Assembly (NCBI RefSeq): GCF_000150275.1
Contig: NW_002060943.1
Span: forward strand, 9,828,209-9,892,208
DNA length: 64,000 nucleotides
Origin: Trichoplax adhaerens
Taxonomy: Eukaryota; Animalia; Placozoa
Direction: 5' to 3'
The notes below the pieces were generated by a model. It ran no database searches, was not told where the DNA came from, and saw nothing but the letters and a program-made list of their open reading frames with translations. Positions within the stretch are counted from its first letter, which is position 1, and the number at the start of each line of letters is the position of its first letter. This document shows positions 49,101-62,124 of this stretch, piece by piece. The position numbers were made by a program, and so were the translations under genes.

Positions 49101-52100
49101 TCATTAATATCTGAATATGCAACGTTAACAATGTCATCAATGCAATTGAGACAGAGATTAAATTATCAAGAATCTTATATTGTAATTCGATATTTATCAT
49201 TACTTTATCTGCGAATAAAGATGATCATATTAGCTGTAATGGGTGAAATACTATGCTATAGGTCACGAAGATAGTCATTAGAAATACTTGGAAATATTGA
49301 CATCTTTAAGTGCAAGGATATGTGAAGACGAATCTTTACTGATTGGAATGTGAGTAAATTAATATAAGGATTAACGTAACCTTAATTCATTTACTGATGA
49401 ATTTATGTTGCTTTGCAAATTATGACAGGATTATAATTATACCATCAATCTTTATCCTTTCACAATGAACAGTAAGAGCTCCCAACAATCTATAACATAC
49501 TGTTTATCATTATCATTATTACATACTAGCTATCCACCTCCGCTCACAACGAATGAAAGAGTCGCCAATAACTGCTATCGTACTACTATAATATCTATTT
49601 GCTCCTGTACAAACAAAACTATTGTAATTAGAAAAGTATCTGTCCCAACATCGAACTAATATTTATTTCTAAAATCTTATACTGGTATAAAGATTCGATT
49701 TCAAATATCGAGCACGCTCGATGAAAGTCGATAAGCCTAACATCAGTAAAATGGTTGAGCGTAACAGATAGACGACTTTTTAAAAGTATATGAACAGGAA
49801 TATATGTCTTTTATCCGCTCACAATTATCAAAGTAATAATTTAAATTTTAGATATAAAGTTTTCCATTTTAAAGATTGATCAGGCTCGAAGCGAGTTGAT
49901 AAGCGTAACCATAGAGGTAAAAGAAATATGCATAAACTCAGTAATATGGATAAGAACGACAGATGGCGGACAACAACTACACGAGATAATAATTGTGAGT
50001 CAGTGATAAATTGTACTGTACAGTACTGTATTTTAAGATAATCTACAGTACTGTAGAGTACAGTACAGTACTGTACAGTAGTTGTGAATTTCTATTGCTT
50101 ATGCAGATTATGTTCCCGTTCAATTAATTAATTAATTTACTAGTAATAATTATTTAATAATAACACTAATAATATTATTATAATTGTAATTAATACGAAA
50201 GTATAATAAATCTCTGGTGATGATTCTTGGAAGTGTCTCGAACTCCGTCACTGAATCATTTTCAATGTGTTTAATTGCATGTAGGTAACATTATACTTAT
50301 ACAAAGGGAAATGTCACACTTTCAGCTAATGATACTCATGACACCTAATGTTTACCGTTTATGACTATGCAGTTACATTGTATACAACCTAATAATTTTA
50401 TTTTCTCATATCAGAGTTTAATATTGATCCTCTTAACCATCAACTTGTAGTAGAATTTTTCAAATTACAATCCTAGTTTGAAAGAGGGTACGGTATGAAT
50501 ATCGATCACTGACTTGAAATACTGTAAACGAAATCTCAGTAAACATCATAGATCTACATATAAAAAGTTTGTGAAGAGCAAATTTTCGTCTGAAGGAATA
50601 AATATTGACGCTCACACAGAAGTATGTCCAGTTTACAGGTAGTAGTAACTCATTTCTGATGGACATTCACGAGATTGTTGCATTTGCATTTCACAGCCCG
50701 GTGCGTTTTGGACTGTGGCGTTTTTGTAAGTAATGCACTGCATCATGTAAGTACTGTACAGTATGACAATACTTTCTTACTCTCGTATAAAAATACGTAT
50801 AGTATAAACTTTCTTTTGTTAAATTAAATATCTGCTCTTACTTTAGAACTAGAATTTACTATCAATTGCTCCATCACTCACATGATTCATTTCTGTACAT
50901 AAGGAAAGGTTTCTTGCATTCAAATTCAGTTTCTCCGGTAATGAGCTCGTTAACATTTTCTTGATTGAGTTGATTTAGGATAAAAAATCCAAAATATGGG
51001 AAAATGGATCTTAAAAGAGTCAAAGTGTTGAATAATGCCTGCGTTAATACGAACTGTACGTACTCAACCGAAAATAATTACTGTCTATATGCTATGTATA
51101 TGCATAACAATATTTACGAGCATCTTAAAAAAAGTTTTGTGAACTTACAGTAAAGTAGGTACAGTATAATGTACTCTGTACCAGAGACTTCTAAGACTAA
51201 TACGCATCAGTATTCGTCTTAGGTACAGTAAAAACTGGCATACATCTATCATATTATACAATGTACGTCAATAAACACTACGGGTCCACTAGTAGAACCA
51301 TGGTATATGACAAAAAGTTTAACACATGCGTATACGTAGATTAGCGAAATACTAATGCACTATACAGTACTGTACACATGTAAATCTAGAACTAGTCTCA
51401 TTAAATTCTAAATTCTAGCTATAAATCACAATTACTTCCTATCGAAAGTTTCTCATATCTTTTCTATGAAGTGCTACACATCTATAATAAATTCATAAAT
51501 CTTAGACTGCAGTACTGCAACTCTCTTTCCACTTCCAAAACATGCGTATCTAATTAGGTATTCCCATACGAATACCTATCAAATAACACGAATTGCGAAT
51601 ATACTGTACATTTATTTAAGATAAAAAAAAATTGCATTCAGAACAATAAAATTAAATAGAAACTATAAATTTTTAAGGAACAATTAATGGACAAGATATC
51701 ATGCACTGCACTGTCGCCAGTAGGCTATTCCATGATGTCTCTTCCGTATCCACGAGTACTGAAGTATGATAATACGTATATCTTCCAGTTTGCCTCATGC
51801 TAAGATATTAATCCTTTATTTTGCATAGACGTTAATAAATTTAGCAAGTAAATTATCGTACTTCGAGAGCTATTCTAAAGGGCTTTGTAACGACTAAAGA
51901 ATCACGAATAGCTGGCATACGTACAATTAATTGTACATGCCATACTATCGCAATTTTGTACATAACAACTTAATTATAGTACTGTATATGTAATACATAA
52001 TTTAAAATGTATGTGAAGAGTAAGTTGTGTCTTCAACAATACCAATATGTGATAAATTTAATCTGATCTTATGGCAAAAAGCATTCTGCAAAATGAAGAG

Positions 52101-52569
52101 TAACTACAGGATTGTATCTTTAATACACGAATACAATTATTACAACTCTACAGTACGCCTAATGTTACCTTTTGTAAACAAACAAGCTTCCATTTCTTTC
52201 AGTCTTTTGCTAATGGTACAATATAAGGTTAATTGCGTTTTTAGTAACTGAAATTTTAATTTTAGCTATCGTTACAATTGGATTAGTTGAAATTTATTGA
52301 CAGTGACTAGCAGATTTGTAAAAGCGTACGTATATAGCATTCAAAATTTATATGTTTGTGCCTACCCATTTGTGATCTTGTGTACTGAACTGGTATTGAG
52401 CCACTCTTTTACACGTATAAACGATATCAGTTATGGTGCGATCAAACTTTTGAAGAGTGGTAATGTTCATCCTCAGTTCGGATACAACTGAATCATTCTT
52501 TCCTTCTTCTGATAATAGTGTCATCTTTCCTCCTCTACGTTGCCTACCGCCAGTACCATGAGCGGACAT
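46199..52569 (-). CDS. DCP1: mRNA-decapping activator DCP1 (EVH1 domain, disordered linker, C-terminal trimerisation domain)
   Basis: MNITTLQKFDRTITDIVYTCKRVAQYQFSTQDHKW / QKTERNGSLFVYKR / SIFPYFGFFILNQLNQENVNELIT...KPFLMYRN / IFALWFSNGADC; HLM-like PLSRLF; C-terminus LTKEQLKNTLIDLLQ/NDDKFLETINAAYLRHLARD*. Confidence 0.9.
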
Positions 52570-52669
52570 TTTACTTATTTATTTATTAAAACTTAGTTAT
52601 TAGCTAAAACACGAGCTCATTTACTATGTTTTGCCATGGACTACACCCTACACCTTTCGAAGGTCCGGT

Positions 52670-53245
52670 TCAACTGCACTGTACAGTATGAGACTATGAG
52701 TTACTGTACGTTAAATCGATCTTGTGTCACGGTAAACGTATAGTACAGTACGCAGAACAGTATTACAGTACACTGTACAGTGTACAGTACTGTACGGTGG
52801 CCCAGGGTTTACAGTACTGTACAGTACTACAGTATACAGTACTGTAGAACAGTCGATCTGTCACTGTTTATTATGGACTGGCGACTCTATTCTACTGTAC
52901 AGTACAGTACAGTACTGTAAGTTTCGTCAGTCGGCTCTACTGTACTGTACACTGTACAGTACACTGCGTACTGTATCAGTAGTCATTGTGTACTGTACTG
53001 TAACTAGGCTTAATCTTGAAACTCTGTATCAGACCTCTGAATCTCTACACTACTGTACACTGTACAGTACAGTACTGTACTACGGTGGCCCAAAAGTGCC
53101 AACGTTTCTATGGAGAAATTGTACTGTAGTAACTGTACAGTACTGTACTGTAGTTGAGTTTAAATTACTGTACATTACAGTACAAGCACAGACAGACAGC
53201 GTCAGGTCTAAGCACAGTACATACTGTACACTGTACAGTACTAAA
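52670..53245. repeat. TA(CAG/CTG)TA arrays immediately upstream of DCP1
   Basis: Dense mixed-orientation pentamers plus two TACGGTGGCCC copies at about 52793 and 53081. Confidence 0.9.
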
Positions 53246-54106
53246 CCACCATTCTAGGCCCTTCAACTCCACAAGTGAATTGATAGTTGTCAATCTAAAA
53301 AGGAAATGAAGGAACAATATACGAATAAATACAGTAAAGTGATTTTTCTTCAGCTATTTTATTATTTTATTTTTTACAGAGCAGTTCAATTGTGTTTCCT
53401 GAAAACATCTTGCATTAATACCTAATTCAAACAAACTTGCAACTCTATGTACTTAAATCTGAAATTGTTGCAGAAAATCATTTCTGAACGTAGCATACAT
53501 CTTTGTACAAATCGGTTATAGCAAAATTAAAATAGTTCCTTATACAATATGCAGTATGGTTAATGCCTGTAAGTAATACTGTATATTCATGTTGTGTCGA
53601 AAATTTTGGAGTCAGATAATATTGCCAATCATGAACGAAATTATTGATATTCGCGCTATGCGGATTTTGTAAAATAAAATTTTAGCAGCTTCAGTTCTCT
53701 TGCTATTCTATAATTACAGTTTAATTTATAAAAACATTTCACAGATAAAGAAAATGAAGAAAATTGTAAGATCGTACATCTTAAACAAGGGTAAATTCTA
53801 GATAGTTATCTATGTTCCCTCTGATAGCAGTTCAAGAATGATACAGACATTTTGTCTATCATTGTGCATGTATACTTTACGGTGTGGATTCTATTTCCGG
53901 AATATATGGTATATGGAGTACAGAATCTTTTGAAGTAATTCAATTAACAACGAATTTGTAAAAGACCCTATTTAACCGAAAGAACAGACAGTTTGGATCA
54001 TATTTCTTTATCAGGACTACACTGCCTTAATTTATAACATCACATTCTCTTATTCCAGATGGAACCAATCACACTAAATCAACTAACTTAATCTGTAACT
54101 TTACTT

Positions 54107-55744
54107 TTAAAGATATTTGAAGATAACAGAAGCCATCGTAACTAAATAAAATGAAAATTGCTATATCATCCTTAAATATATTGCAAATTTAGTATCGCAT
54201 CGTACTTACAGCCTGTATATCGTGTACGAACAAAAAAAGCCACTACAAGAAGCCATAACACTTTGCTAGTCATACTGGTACTGCCAATATTGCTAAGGCA
54301 TTTCCATAACAGCATAGAAGAGCCCCGAAAAATCCTTAAGAAATCTCGAAACTTACCTGTAATGAAATAGAATAGTACATAACCAAAGTAAATTAAAAAT
54401 CAACATTGTTATGATGATGATACGAGGATTAACTTCTTGTATCATAAATCAATTTAATTGGAATCATAACCTAGCTAATCAACACATTACAAAAATCTCT
54501 TCTTATATATCTAATTACCAGTAGAAGGGTAATTTACAATCTCATCATTGATTGGAGCATCATCGCGAAACTGTAATAAATTGAGTGAGTTAGTCAAAAT
54601 GTCTCAAACCAACATTCGATGTAGAACTCTCCAGATTTTTAATATCTAGAAAATAAAATACTTAAATGTAGTTACTGACGTCTTCATATTTACAATCCGT
54701 TGTTTCACTTTCACTTATTGCTCTCTTTGCTGTCTCTACGTAGCCCTATTTAATATATACAAATATTCAGTATATATTCTAAACCAAAGCAATATTGCAA
54801 TGGAAATTATGTGCAATATCTAAAATTTTCTAGAATCACTTTAATTTTACCAAGGCTTTTCTACTAACAAACTAATCTTAGGTTGTGTCAATTACTAGAA
54901 CGATTCATTATGCAAAAGCCAACAAGTTGCAGCACACTTTACCTCTACGCGATTGCGATCTAGAAAGGCTTCGTTGTCCTTAATGAATTGGCGTAACTTC
55001 CGGAACTGTCGTGTAGGCATTAAAACGTTGATAATATAGTTATCCACAACCGTTTGATAATCGGAAAGATTATCTTTATTATCAGAATAGTTTAACCAGT
55101 CTTCGATCATAATTTGAGCCAGTTCAAAATTATTGATCATAATAAATAACGAGGCGCTTTAAAGGAGAAATAAACGTATTTTTTTTTATTACTATATATC
55201 TATTGATCTGTATCGTGATTATTAAAATGCATATACTGTATATTGTACTATTCTAAATAGAAAAATTACCAAACTAGTATTAACTTCCTAGGGAGATGAT
55301 AGAAATCACTGTATTGCTCTTTCACGAAAGGAACAACTAGCTGCCACTGATTGAGTTCTGCATAAGCTTGAATCGATATCATACATAGGCCTTCTTTAAT
55401 TCTAAATAATAATGCAAATAGATATTCTCAGGACATGTTGAAGCTATAAAGAAAGCCATAAATATAGTATGCTGTATATCCACAACTTATATACAGCATT
55501 AAGTGCAACACATGTAATAAAACATGAGTTTAGTACTACAATGCAAATTTCACAAGAGAAAATGTTCTATTAATAACGACTATCGAGTAGTTTATGGATT
55601 TATAATAAACCTTTTCGCTTCCGAGCTGAGATTGTTAGAAACGTTACATTCAAGTAAACCATCACGACATTCTTCTAGACATTTGGCAAATTCTTGAAGG
55701 ACAAGGTAACTTTTAGCTTCATTAAGCCGGCGTAACCCTATCAT
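54107..55744 (-). CDS. PEX26: Peroxisome assembly protein 26 (tail-anchored PEX6 recruiter)
   Basis: MIGLRRLNEAKSYLVLQEFAKCLEECRDGL / GLCMISIQAYAELNQWQLVVPFVKEQY...LP / IEDWLNYSDN...YQTVVDNYIINVLMP. This parallels PEX26 LCVVGIQALAEMDRWQEV..., and there is a C-terminal hydrophobic VLWLLVVAFFV. The frame of the last exon is less certain. Confidence 0.82.
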
Positions 55745-55844
55745 GCTAGATGGCAACGCGATACTATTAACCTACAGCTAAATAAAAATATCCTTTGCCT
55801 ATCGTGGAGATATCATCCTTGTCGACTCATATCCACCATAGAGA

Positions 55845-56690
55845 TTACAGTACTGTACTGTATAATGATAAACCTTATGTACAGTATTACTGTACACTGT
55901 ATGTACTGTACTGCACTGCACTGTACAGTACTGTACTGTACTGTACAGTGTACAGTACAGTACTGTATTGTATTGTACTGTACTGTAATTTATTTAAATA
56001 AATCTGGACTACTGTAGCCCTACTGTACTGTATTGAGAACGAGAAGCAGTACAGTACAGTATGTTGGTACTGTACAGTGTACAGTACAGTAGAAGTTTCA
56101 ATGTGGTTGAACTATTGTACAATGTATAGTACTGTACTCTACTATACTGTACACTATAGTGTACAGTACAGTACTACTGTATTGAAAAACGGCGGCTTAC
56201 GGGCGGTGCGCCGTTCATACTTATAACGCAATGTAATTGCAAGTTTGTGTAACAGTAGATTCATTAGTGTACGTACTGTACTGTACCGTAGATTACAGTG
56301 TTTGTATAGCGATTGCACTCATTTCGGATTAGAAAATCAACCATTTGATCGGATTTTATCTGATTCGGGTTGCGTTTTTACCCCCATTTTAAGGACTCTA
56401 CTGTACTGTATACTGTATAGTACAGCGTATAGCGTACCTACAGACTACAGTACATCAGCAGAGAAGTGTGTATCAAGAATTCTGTGGTGCACTTGTATTG
56501 TACTGTACTTTTACAGCTTTGAGGCGGCTTCGAGTCGAATCAAGTGGCAGTCGGAAGTTAGAGCTACGATCGACTCAGGCTCAAGATTCATGCATCAGTC
56601 TACAGTACAGTACAGTACAGTACTGTACTGTACAGTAGACTCGAGTGATTTTAGTTCTACAGTACTGTACTGTACAGTACAGTACAATAA
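55845..56690. repeat. TA(CAG/CTG)TA arrays upstream of PEX26
   Basis: Very dense at 55845-55986, 56040-56180 and 56600-56686. Confidence 0.9.
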
Positions 56691-57548
56691 ATAGAGAGTA
56701 AGGGTCAGTAGTTAGTTTTACAATAACTTCAACTACGTGTTCAATTTCTTGTCTCCATGCTAAGTGAGAGTAGTACGAACTTTCAATACCGTTGTTAGTA
56801 TTAACTCTAGATAGTAATACACTATAGAAAACACCGGGTTTATTGGTGATTTCTGATTGTTGACTTGGGTTGTACTTTTGTACTAAATTCCTGGGTTATT
56901 TGACCGGGGTTATATTATAACCCACTGCCAGCTAACACTGTTTCTGAGCCGGACCTCGGTCACCGTAACTAGTACTATATCTGCATGTAGCACTTGCATA
57001 CTTGCATTAGCTATAATTATGATGAGCAGTACTTCTAGCTCACCAGGAGAAACTTTGCTGTGCGCAATGAGTAGTAGTAATATCTTGATAGGATCTTATT
57101 AGTAACTAACTTTTGATTTTAGGTGTTCAAAACCTCTAGACAATTTCATACTGACTCTATAATAGCCAAAAGTTATAGTTATCATTAAATGTGCTTATAA
57201 TATATATGCATATAGGCATGCTTTAATCGAAAACCGCCTTTGCGACTAACAGTACTGTAAATAGAAAATAGGCGTCTTAATGCAATAGGAAATAAAAGAA
57301 AAAATCAACCTACATTTATAATATATAATGCTTGTACTATAATTATTTAGATTTAGAAGAGGCTGCTGCATGAAGATCTTCATAGTTGTTTATTGTATCT
57401 AAAACAGTATCGATACAGGTAAATTACATCATGGTTACACTACTGTAGTAAATTAAAGGTCTATTATACTGTAATATGCTATACCCTTAATTAATTGTTT
57501 TTTTATTAATGCTGTAATGTGCTATTTTTAAAAACTGTCTTTTTGAAG

Positions 57549-57640
57549 GTACTGTACTGTACACTGTACACTGTACTGTACAGTACGTACAGTACTGTAC
57601 AGTTGTACACTTGTACTGTTGTACTGTACAGTACAGTCTA
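57549..57640. repeat. TA(CAG/CTG)TA array upstream of the synaptophysin-like gene
   Basis: gtactgtactgtacactgtacactgtactgtacagtacgtacagtactgtacag... Confidence 0.85.
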
Positions 57641-57668
57641 CATTATGATCATGCTGATGATCTCTACC

Positions 57669-57678
57669 ATTGGCCAAT
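57669..57678. promoter_or_regulatory. Palindromic double CCAAT box
   Basis: ATTGGCCAAT has CCAAT on both strands and lies about 180 bp upstream of ATG 57856. Confidence 0.4.
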
Positions 57679-57855
57679 AGCAGGCAGATAGTTCATCACA
57701 GGTTCCGTTGGTGAGTGGCGCGTTTGACTATGAAAAAGTCTGCTTTGATTTTAATCAATCACTCGAATATAGTGTACAGTACTGAATACTTGCAATTTAC
57801 AAAATAGTAGATCTGCTTTTTCTAGAGTAGCGACAAACCAGAGCAATATCGAACG

Positions 57856-60828
57856 ATGGACGTTGTACAGTACTTTCTAGAAATTCTCATGATTTTATAC
57901 CGCATTTTATGATTTTCTTTAACCTAACCTAGACCTGTCAGAGGTTTGATTAACGGTAAACTGATTTAATCGTACGGTACATGCTTTTATGACTTCTAGC
58001 TAGCAGCACCTTAATGTACTGTACAGTGTATAGCGTAAGTGCACACATTCTTAAACTTTTAGACCATTATGATTTATTCGATGTCAGTTTTCTTTGATTT
58101 CCAAAAGTTAGAGGTAATCGTATGCATATTCCCCAAAAGCTTTAGTTATATAAGTCGAATTGATCCTCAGTAGTATCTAATCAGAAACAAGATATTTAAA
58201 TACTATCACAGTACTGTACTGTATACTGTAGTGTAGTTTAAACATTACTCACTGTCAAATCCGAAAAATAAAAATTTACCTAATGCAACCGAATTAGTAA
58301 CTTCTTGACATGTTTTGTATAATTTTGGCTACTTATTGACTGTATAAACAGCATAATCAGTATTTAAATTAGGGAAAATTAATGATTTGTTCAATTGAGA
58401 TTATTTACCTAGCAGTCACTAGTCTAAGCTTCGCTACTCGTACATTAATGTCAAAGGCAAATTTACCGAATTTCCTAATTTTGTTAGCGCATGAGATGTT
58501 AAGTGTATTCTAAATTATAAATGAATACCGTATACAGTATATAGTCTACTGTAGAGCTGCTATGGATTACTAAAACTACGCGAAGTATAACGAGCGAGGG
58601 AGTTACTAGTATTAATAATAAAAAGGATGATGTAGTCGATGCTCTGGCGGAAGATGATAATAGCATGATGGTTGGTAGCTTCACTACTCAATAGGGACTA
58701 TTAAATATTAATTTATTTGTAAGACTCATTCCTTTATATGATGAGTAGTGTAATAAAATTACATAAAATAGGCGCAAACTGCATCTACTGTATTCTCTAG
58801 ATAAACGTGAAATCCTTTCGTAGCAATACAGTGACTCATTTTACCTCTACAGTAATGCAGTTGTGCCATAGATTATTAAATAAATAAATATTGGTGATCC
58901 AATGCATGCAGTAAAGTTTTTGGTTGAAGCTCAGTCAACTAATTTGCGAAAAACAGTACAGTGTACAGTATGTATCGTACCGTACGCGCGCGCACATCAC
59001 TGTAGGAACCAGTGTGTATTGAAAGGGCGATTATTTTTTATTTATTTCACGGTGAAAGCGGTGGAAATTTTATTTTTAATTTAAGACTTACATCATTTTT
59101 ATTAACTGTAAATTAATACCACCAAGCATAAGTCTACTTGCAATTATATTGTTCACGGTTAACCCTCCCTTAAGTTAAAATCTCCTGGCTTTTATACTGT
59201 ACTGTACCTTCGCGGCTTCGACGGCGGATTGTACTGTACAGTACTGTACAGTACTTAGTGTTGGAGAATCTACAGTACTGTAGTGTACAGTTCAGTATAC
59301 TGTACAGTCATGCTTATGCTGTAAGGTGTACAGTATGTACAGTACAGTACAGTACTGTATTCTGTGTCAGTGTATCACAGCCACTAATCTTAGCACTTTC
59401 CAAATGTCGGTACTGCACGAGTCTGGATGTACTGTCCTGTACAGTACTAGTAATAATAGTGATTGCGATATCGCTATCGTTGTAGCAATTCAAAATTCAA
59501 TCTACGAAAATAAATTTTTATTACTACGATGAATATAATTATTATACGTGTATCATATACATACGTACATTGCACAATTATTATAGGTTAGGAATTCAGC
59601 GCGAAATGGAAGAGTCCTTAAGGAACCTAAAGGTTTCATGAGGATCATACAATGGGTAAGAAAGAGTACTGTAAAAGACAACTTATCTAGTTAAACATAC
59701 AGTGCAGTAGTATAGCGGATAATATGATACGCAATTTGTTACACCAAGTTACGCCTATGCATCTATACAGCAGGTTTTCTAAGCTATTCGTTAAACATGC
59801 AAAGGAAGATAAGCTCATTTATTAATTAATTAAGGCTTAAATGCTTGTAATCAAACAATTATATTTATTAAATTTTCTATCTGCGGATTATTCATAGTTT
59901 GTAGCCATCCTGGCATTTGGAACTGCCACCTCGTTCTCAGTAATGACTGCAGTAACTATTAGTTGTGGAGGATCAGTACGTAACGAAACTGCTACCCTTA
60001 AGTTCTCATACCCATTCGCCTCTGGTTCGTTGACGTATGCCTCACCTGCCTGTAACAGCAGCGGTAGCAGTAGTAATCGCACAGAATTTGTAGAGCTAGG
60101 CAGCAATATCTCTGCTAGTGTACAATTTTTTGTCTTTGTTGGCGTTATTTCTTTCCTGTATACGCTAATATCTCTTGGTATCTATGTCTTTAAAATTGAC
60201 CCGGCTAATCCACCAGAAAGAGAACCATATTTTAAAGTGGTATGGATGTTACAGTACATGAAGCATAGTATTTCAAAATTACCTGTTACGTATTTTAGCT
60301 TTACTAATATCGATTTGATATTTATTCGCATTATTTTCTTATATTGCTGATACCCTAGGATTTCGTAATTAGTGTCATATTTGTCATATTTTGGATTGCT
60401 GGTGCTGGTGCTTGGGCGGCTGCATTAAACGAACTAAAGTTAGAGGCCGATGCTACAAAATCACTCGCTCAAAAAGCTGCCGGACCATGCCATCTTTACA
60501 AATGTTATACCAGAAAGCTCTCAGAATTCGGCAAAGCTAACGCATCTGTTGTAAGGATTTAAGCCCAGTTCTGACTCCCGAAATCAATAAAGTGGCTAGT
60601 TAAATATTCATTTTAAGATTAAAATGATCTTATGTAGAAAACTTTATTTAGGTTTTCGGATTCCTAAATTGGTTTCTATGGTCAGCGAATCTATGGTTCC
60701 TTTACAAAGATACACCATGGTTCAAGGGTCAGAATAATAACAACAGCAGCTCTAAATATGGAGCAAGCCCGGATAGCCAACAGTCTACCTTACCATCCCA
60801 GCAACCTCCAATGAATGATGAATATTAA
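57856..60828 (+). CDS. SYP: Synaptophysin/synaptoporin-family MARVEL protein, ~262 aa; exons 57856-57864 (tentative), 59587-59655, 59898-60239, 60359-60550, 60652-60828
   Basis: MDV/VRNSARNGRVLKEPKGFMRIIQW/FVAILAFGT...FSYPF...SASVQFFVFVGVISFLY / DFVISVIFVIFWIAGAGAWA / ANASV/VFGFLNWFLWSANLWFLYKDTPW. Four TM segments and Cys pairs in both lumenal loops. Confidence 0.9.
59195..59450. repeat. TA(CAG/CTG)TA array in synaptophysin intron 1
   Basis: Same pentamer grammar, for example gtactgtacagtactgtacagtact at 59231-59255. Confidence 0.8.
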
Positions 60829-62124
60829 AATTTTAGAACCGAAATGACATTCATCGGAATGCGTATATCATGTAGCCAGCAGTCTGCACTAATTGAATGA
60901 TTGCATTTAGCCATTATCAATTACTCAAGATGTAATACTGCGATACCGCATATGATCTTTTAAAGAATAGTAATATATGTCTTTACATATAGGTATAGTA
61001 TTCAATCTGATTTAGTTATCAGATTTCCAGCTTTGAAACGGTAAAAATTCTTATGCAATATGTTTTTGTAAAATTTTGTAGTATCAGCATTTGTAATTTC
61101 GTCCATAAGTTAGAGCTTAGTGTTAGCTTTTACAAGGTATTCCTGATAATCGATATTTATCGGTATTTACAGTTTACATACCTACAGCATAATTACGTAG
61201 TTAATTTTCAATTTCAAATACAGAAATAATAATAGAACATGACATCATGCCGTAGTATTGTACGAGCATCATGTCTGCAGCGTGAAAGTAACTATATTGT
61301 AGTATTTCATTATTTTCTTTTCAACTTTTGCTTGAAACACTAACCTGTGTGTTCCATAATCAGTCCTACCTACTGTCCATGTTTCATATGAAATCAAAAG
61401 TTTACGATACAAATGCTGTATTTATATTTAGCTCTGATGTGGCATTAGCGGTTAAGGACATGCATAAAGAGTACGCAATCCTGTGATCTCACTCGATTTA
61501 ACTTACAGATGACGTAAAAATAAAAAATGGTACTGTATATATAGCACTGCTTACGCTGACGATACATCTAATAAGGGAGTTATTACGTTTAACAGTGTTT
61601 GATACAATCTCCGCAGATTAAAGAGGTAAATTACAGTACATACATTGTTTTTGATCGTCCAGGGTCACTTACTGATTATGACAGCCTATGGTACTGACTC
61701 AGCCACATTAGCGTGACGTAGTACTCGTATACTCACTGCTGTACCTGTGAGGCTGCGACTCTGCCTATGAGTAGTCATAGCGCACAGTATAATCAATAAT
61801 TCACCTGTGTGTACAGTAGTATTACAAATCGCAATTAGCAACGAGGAAAAACTGTTATAGAAATTACTATATGAACCTACTGTCAGGTTTGTCATTACAT
61901 CTACCTACAGTGCACGACAACTCTAAATACTGACGATCTGCTATCGTCGTTTCCTTATGATATACCCAAAAGTACCGCTTCAGCGGCTCTATACCTTCAT
62001 TATACTTGTCCAAATTTGACTGATATATCTGGACAAATGTATTGAAGAAATACCCCTGCAGGCTACAGCCGTTTCAGCGGCCATGGGTGGGTAGTAGGGA
62101 TTTCAGGATATGTCATATGGATAT

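Noticed and set aside
50216-50258. GTGATGA...CTGA C/D-box snoRNA-like motif in a DCP1 intron
   Set aside because: Too short (about 40 nt) and no rRNA-complementary guide recognised.
57120-57420. Exon-like segments with good acceptors upstream of synaptophysin
   Set aside because: I could not assemble a coherent ORF; they may be non-coding exons but the sequence alone does not support a call.
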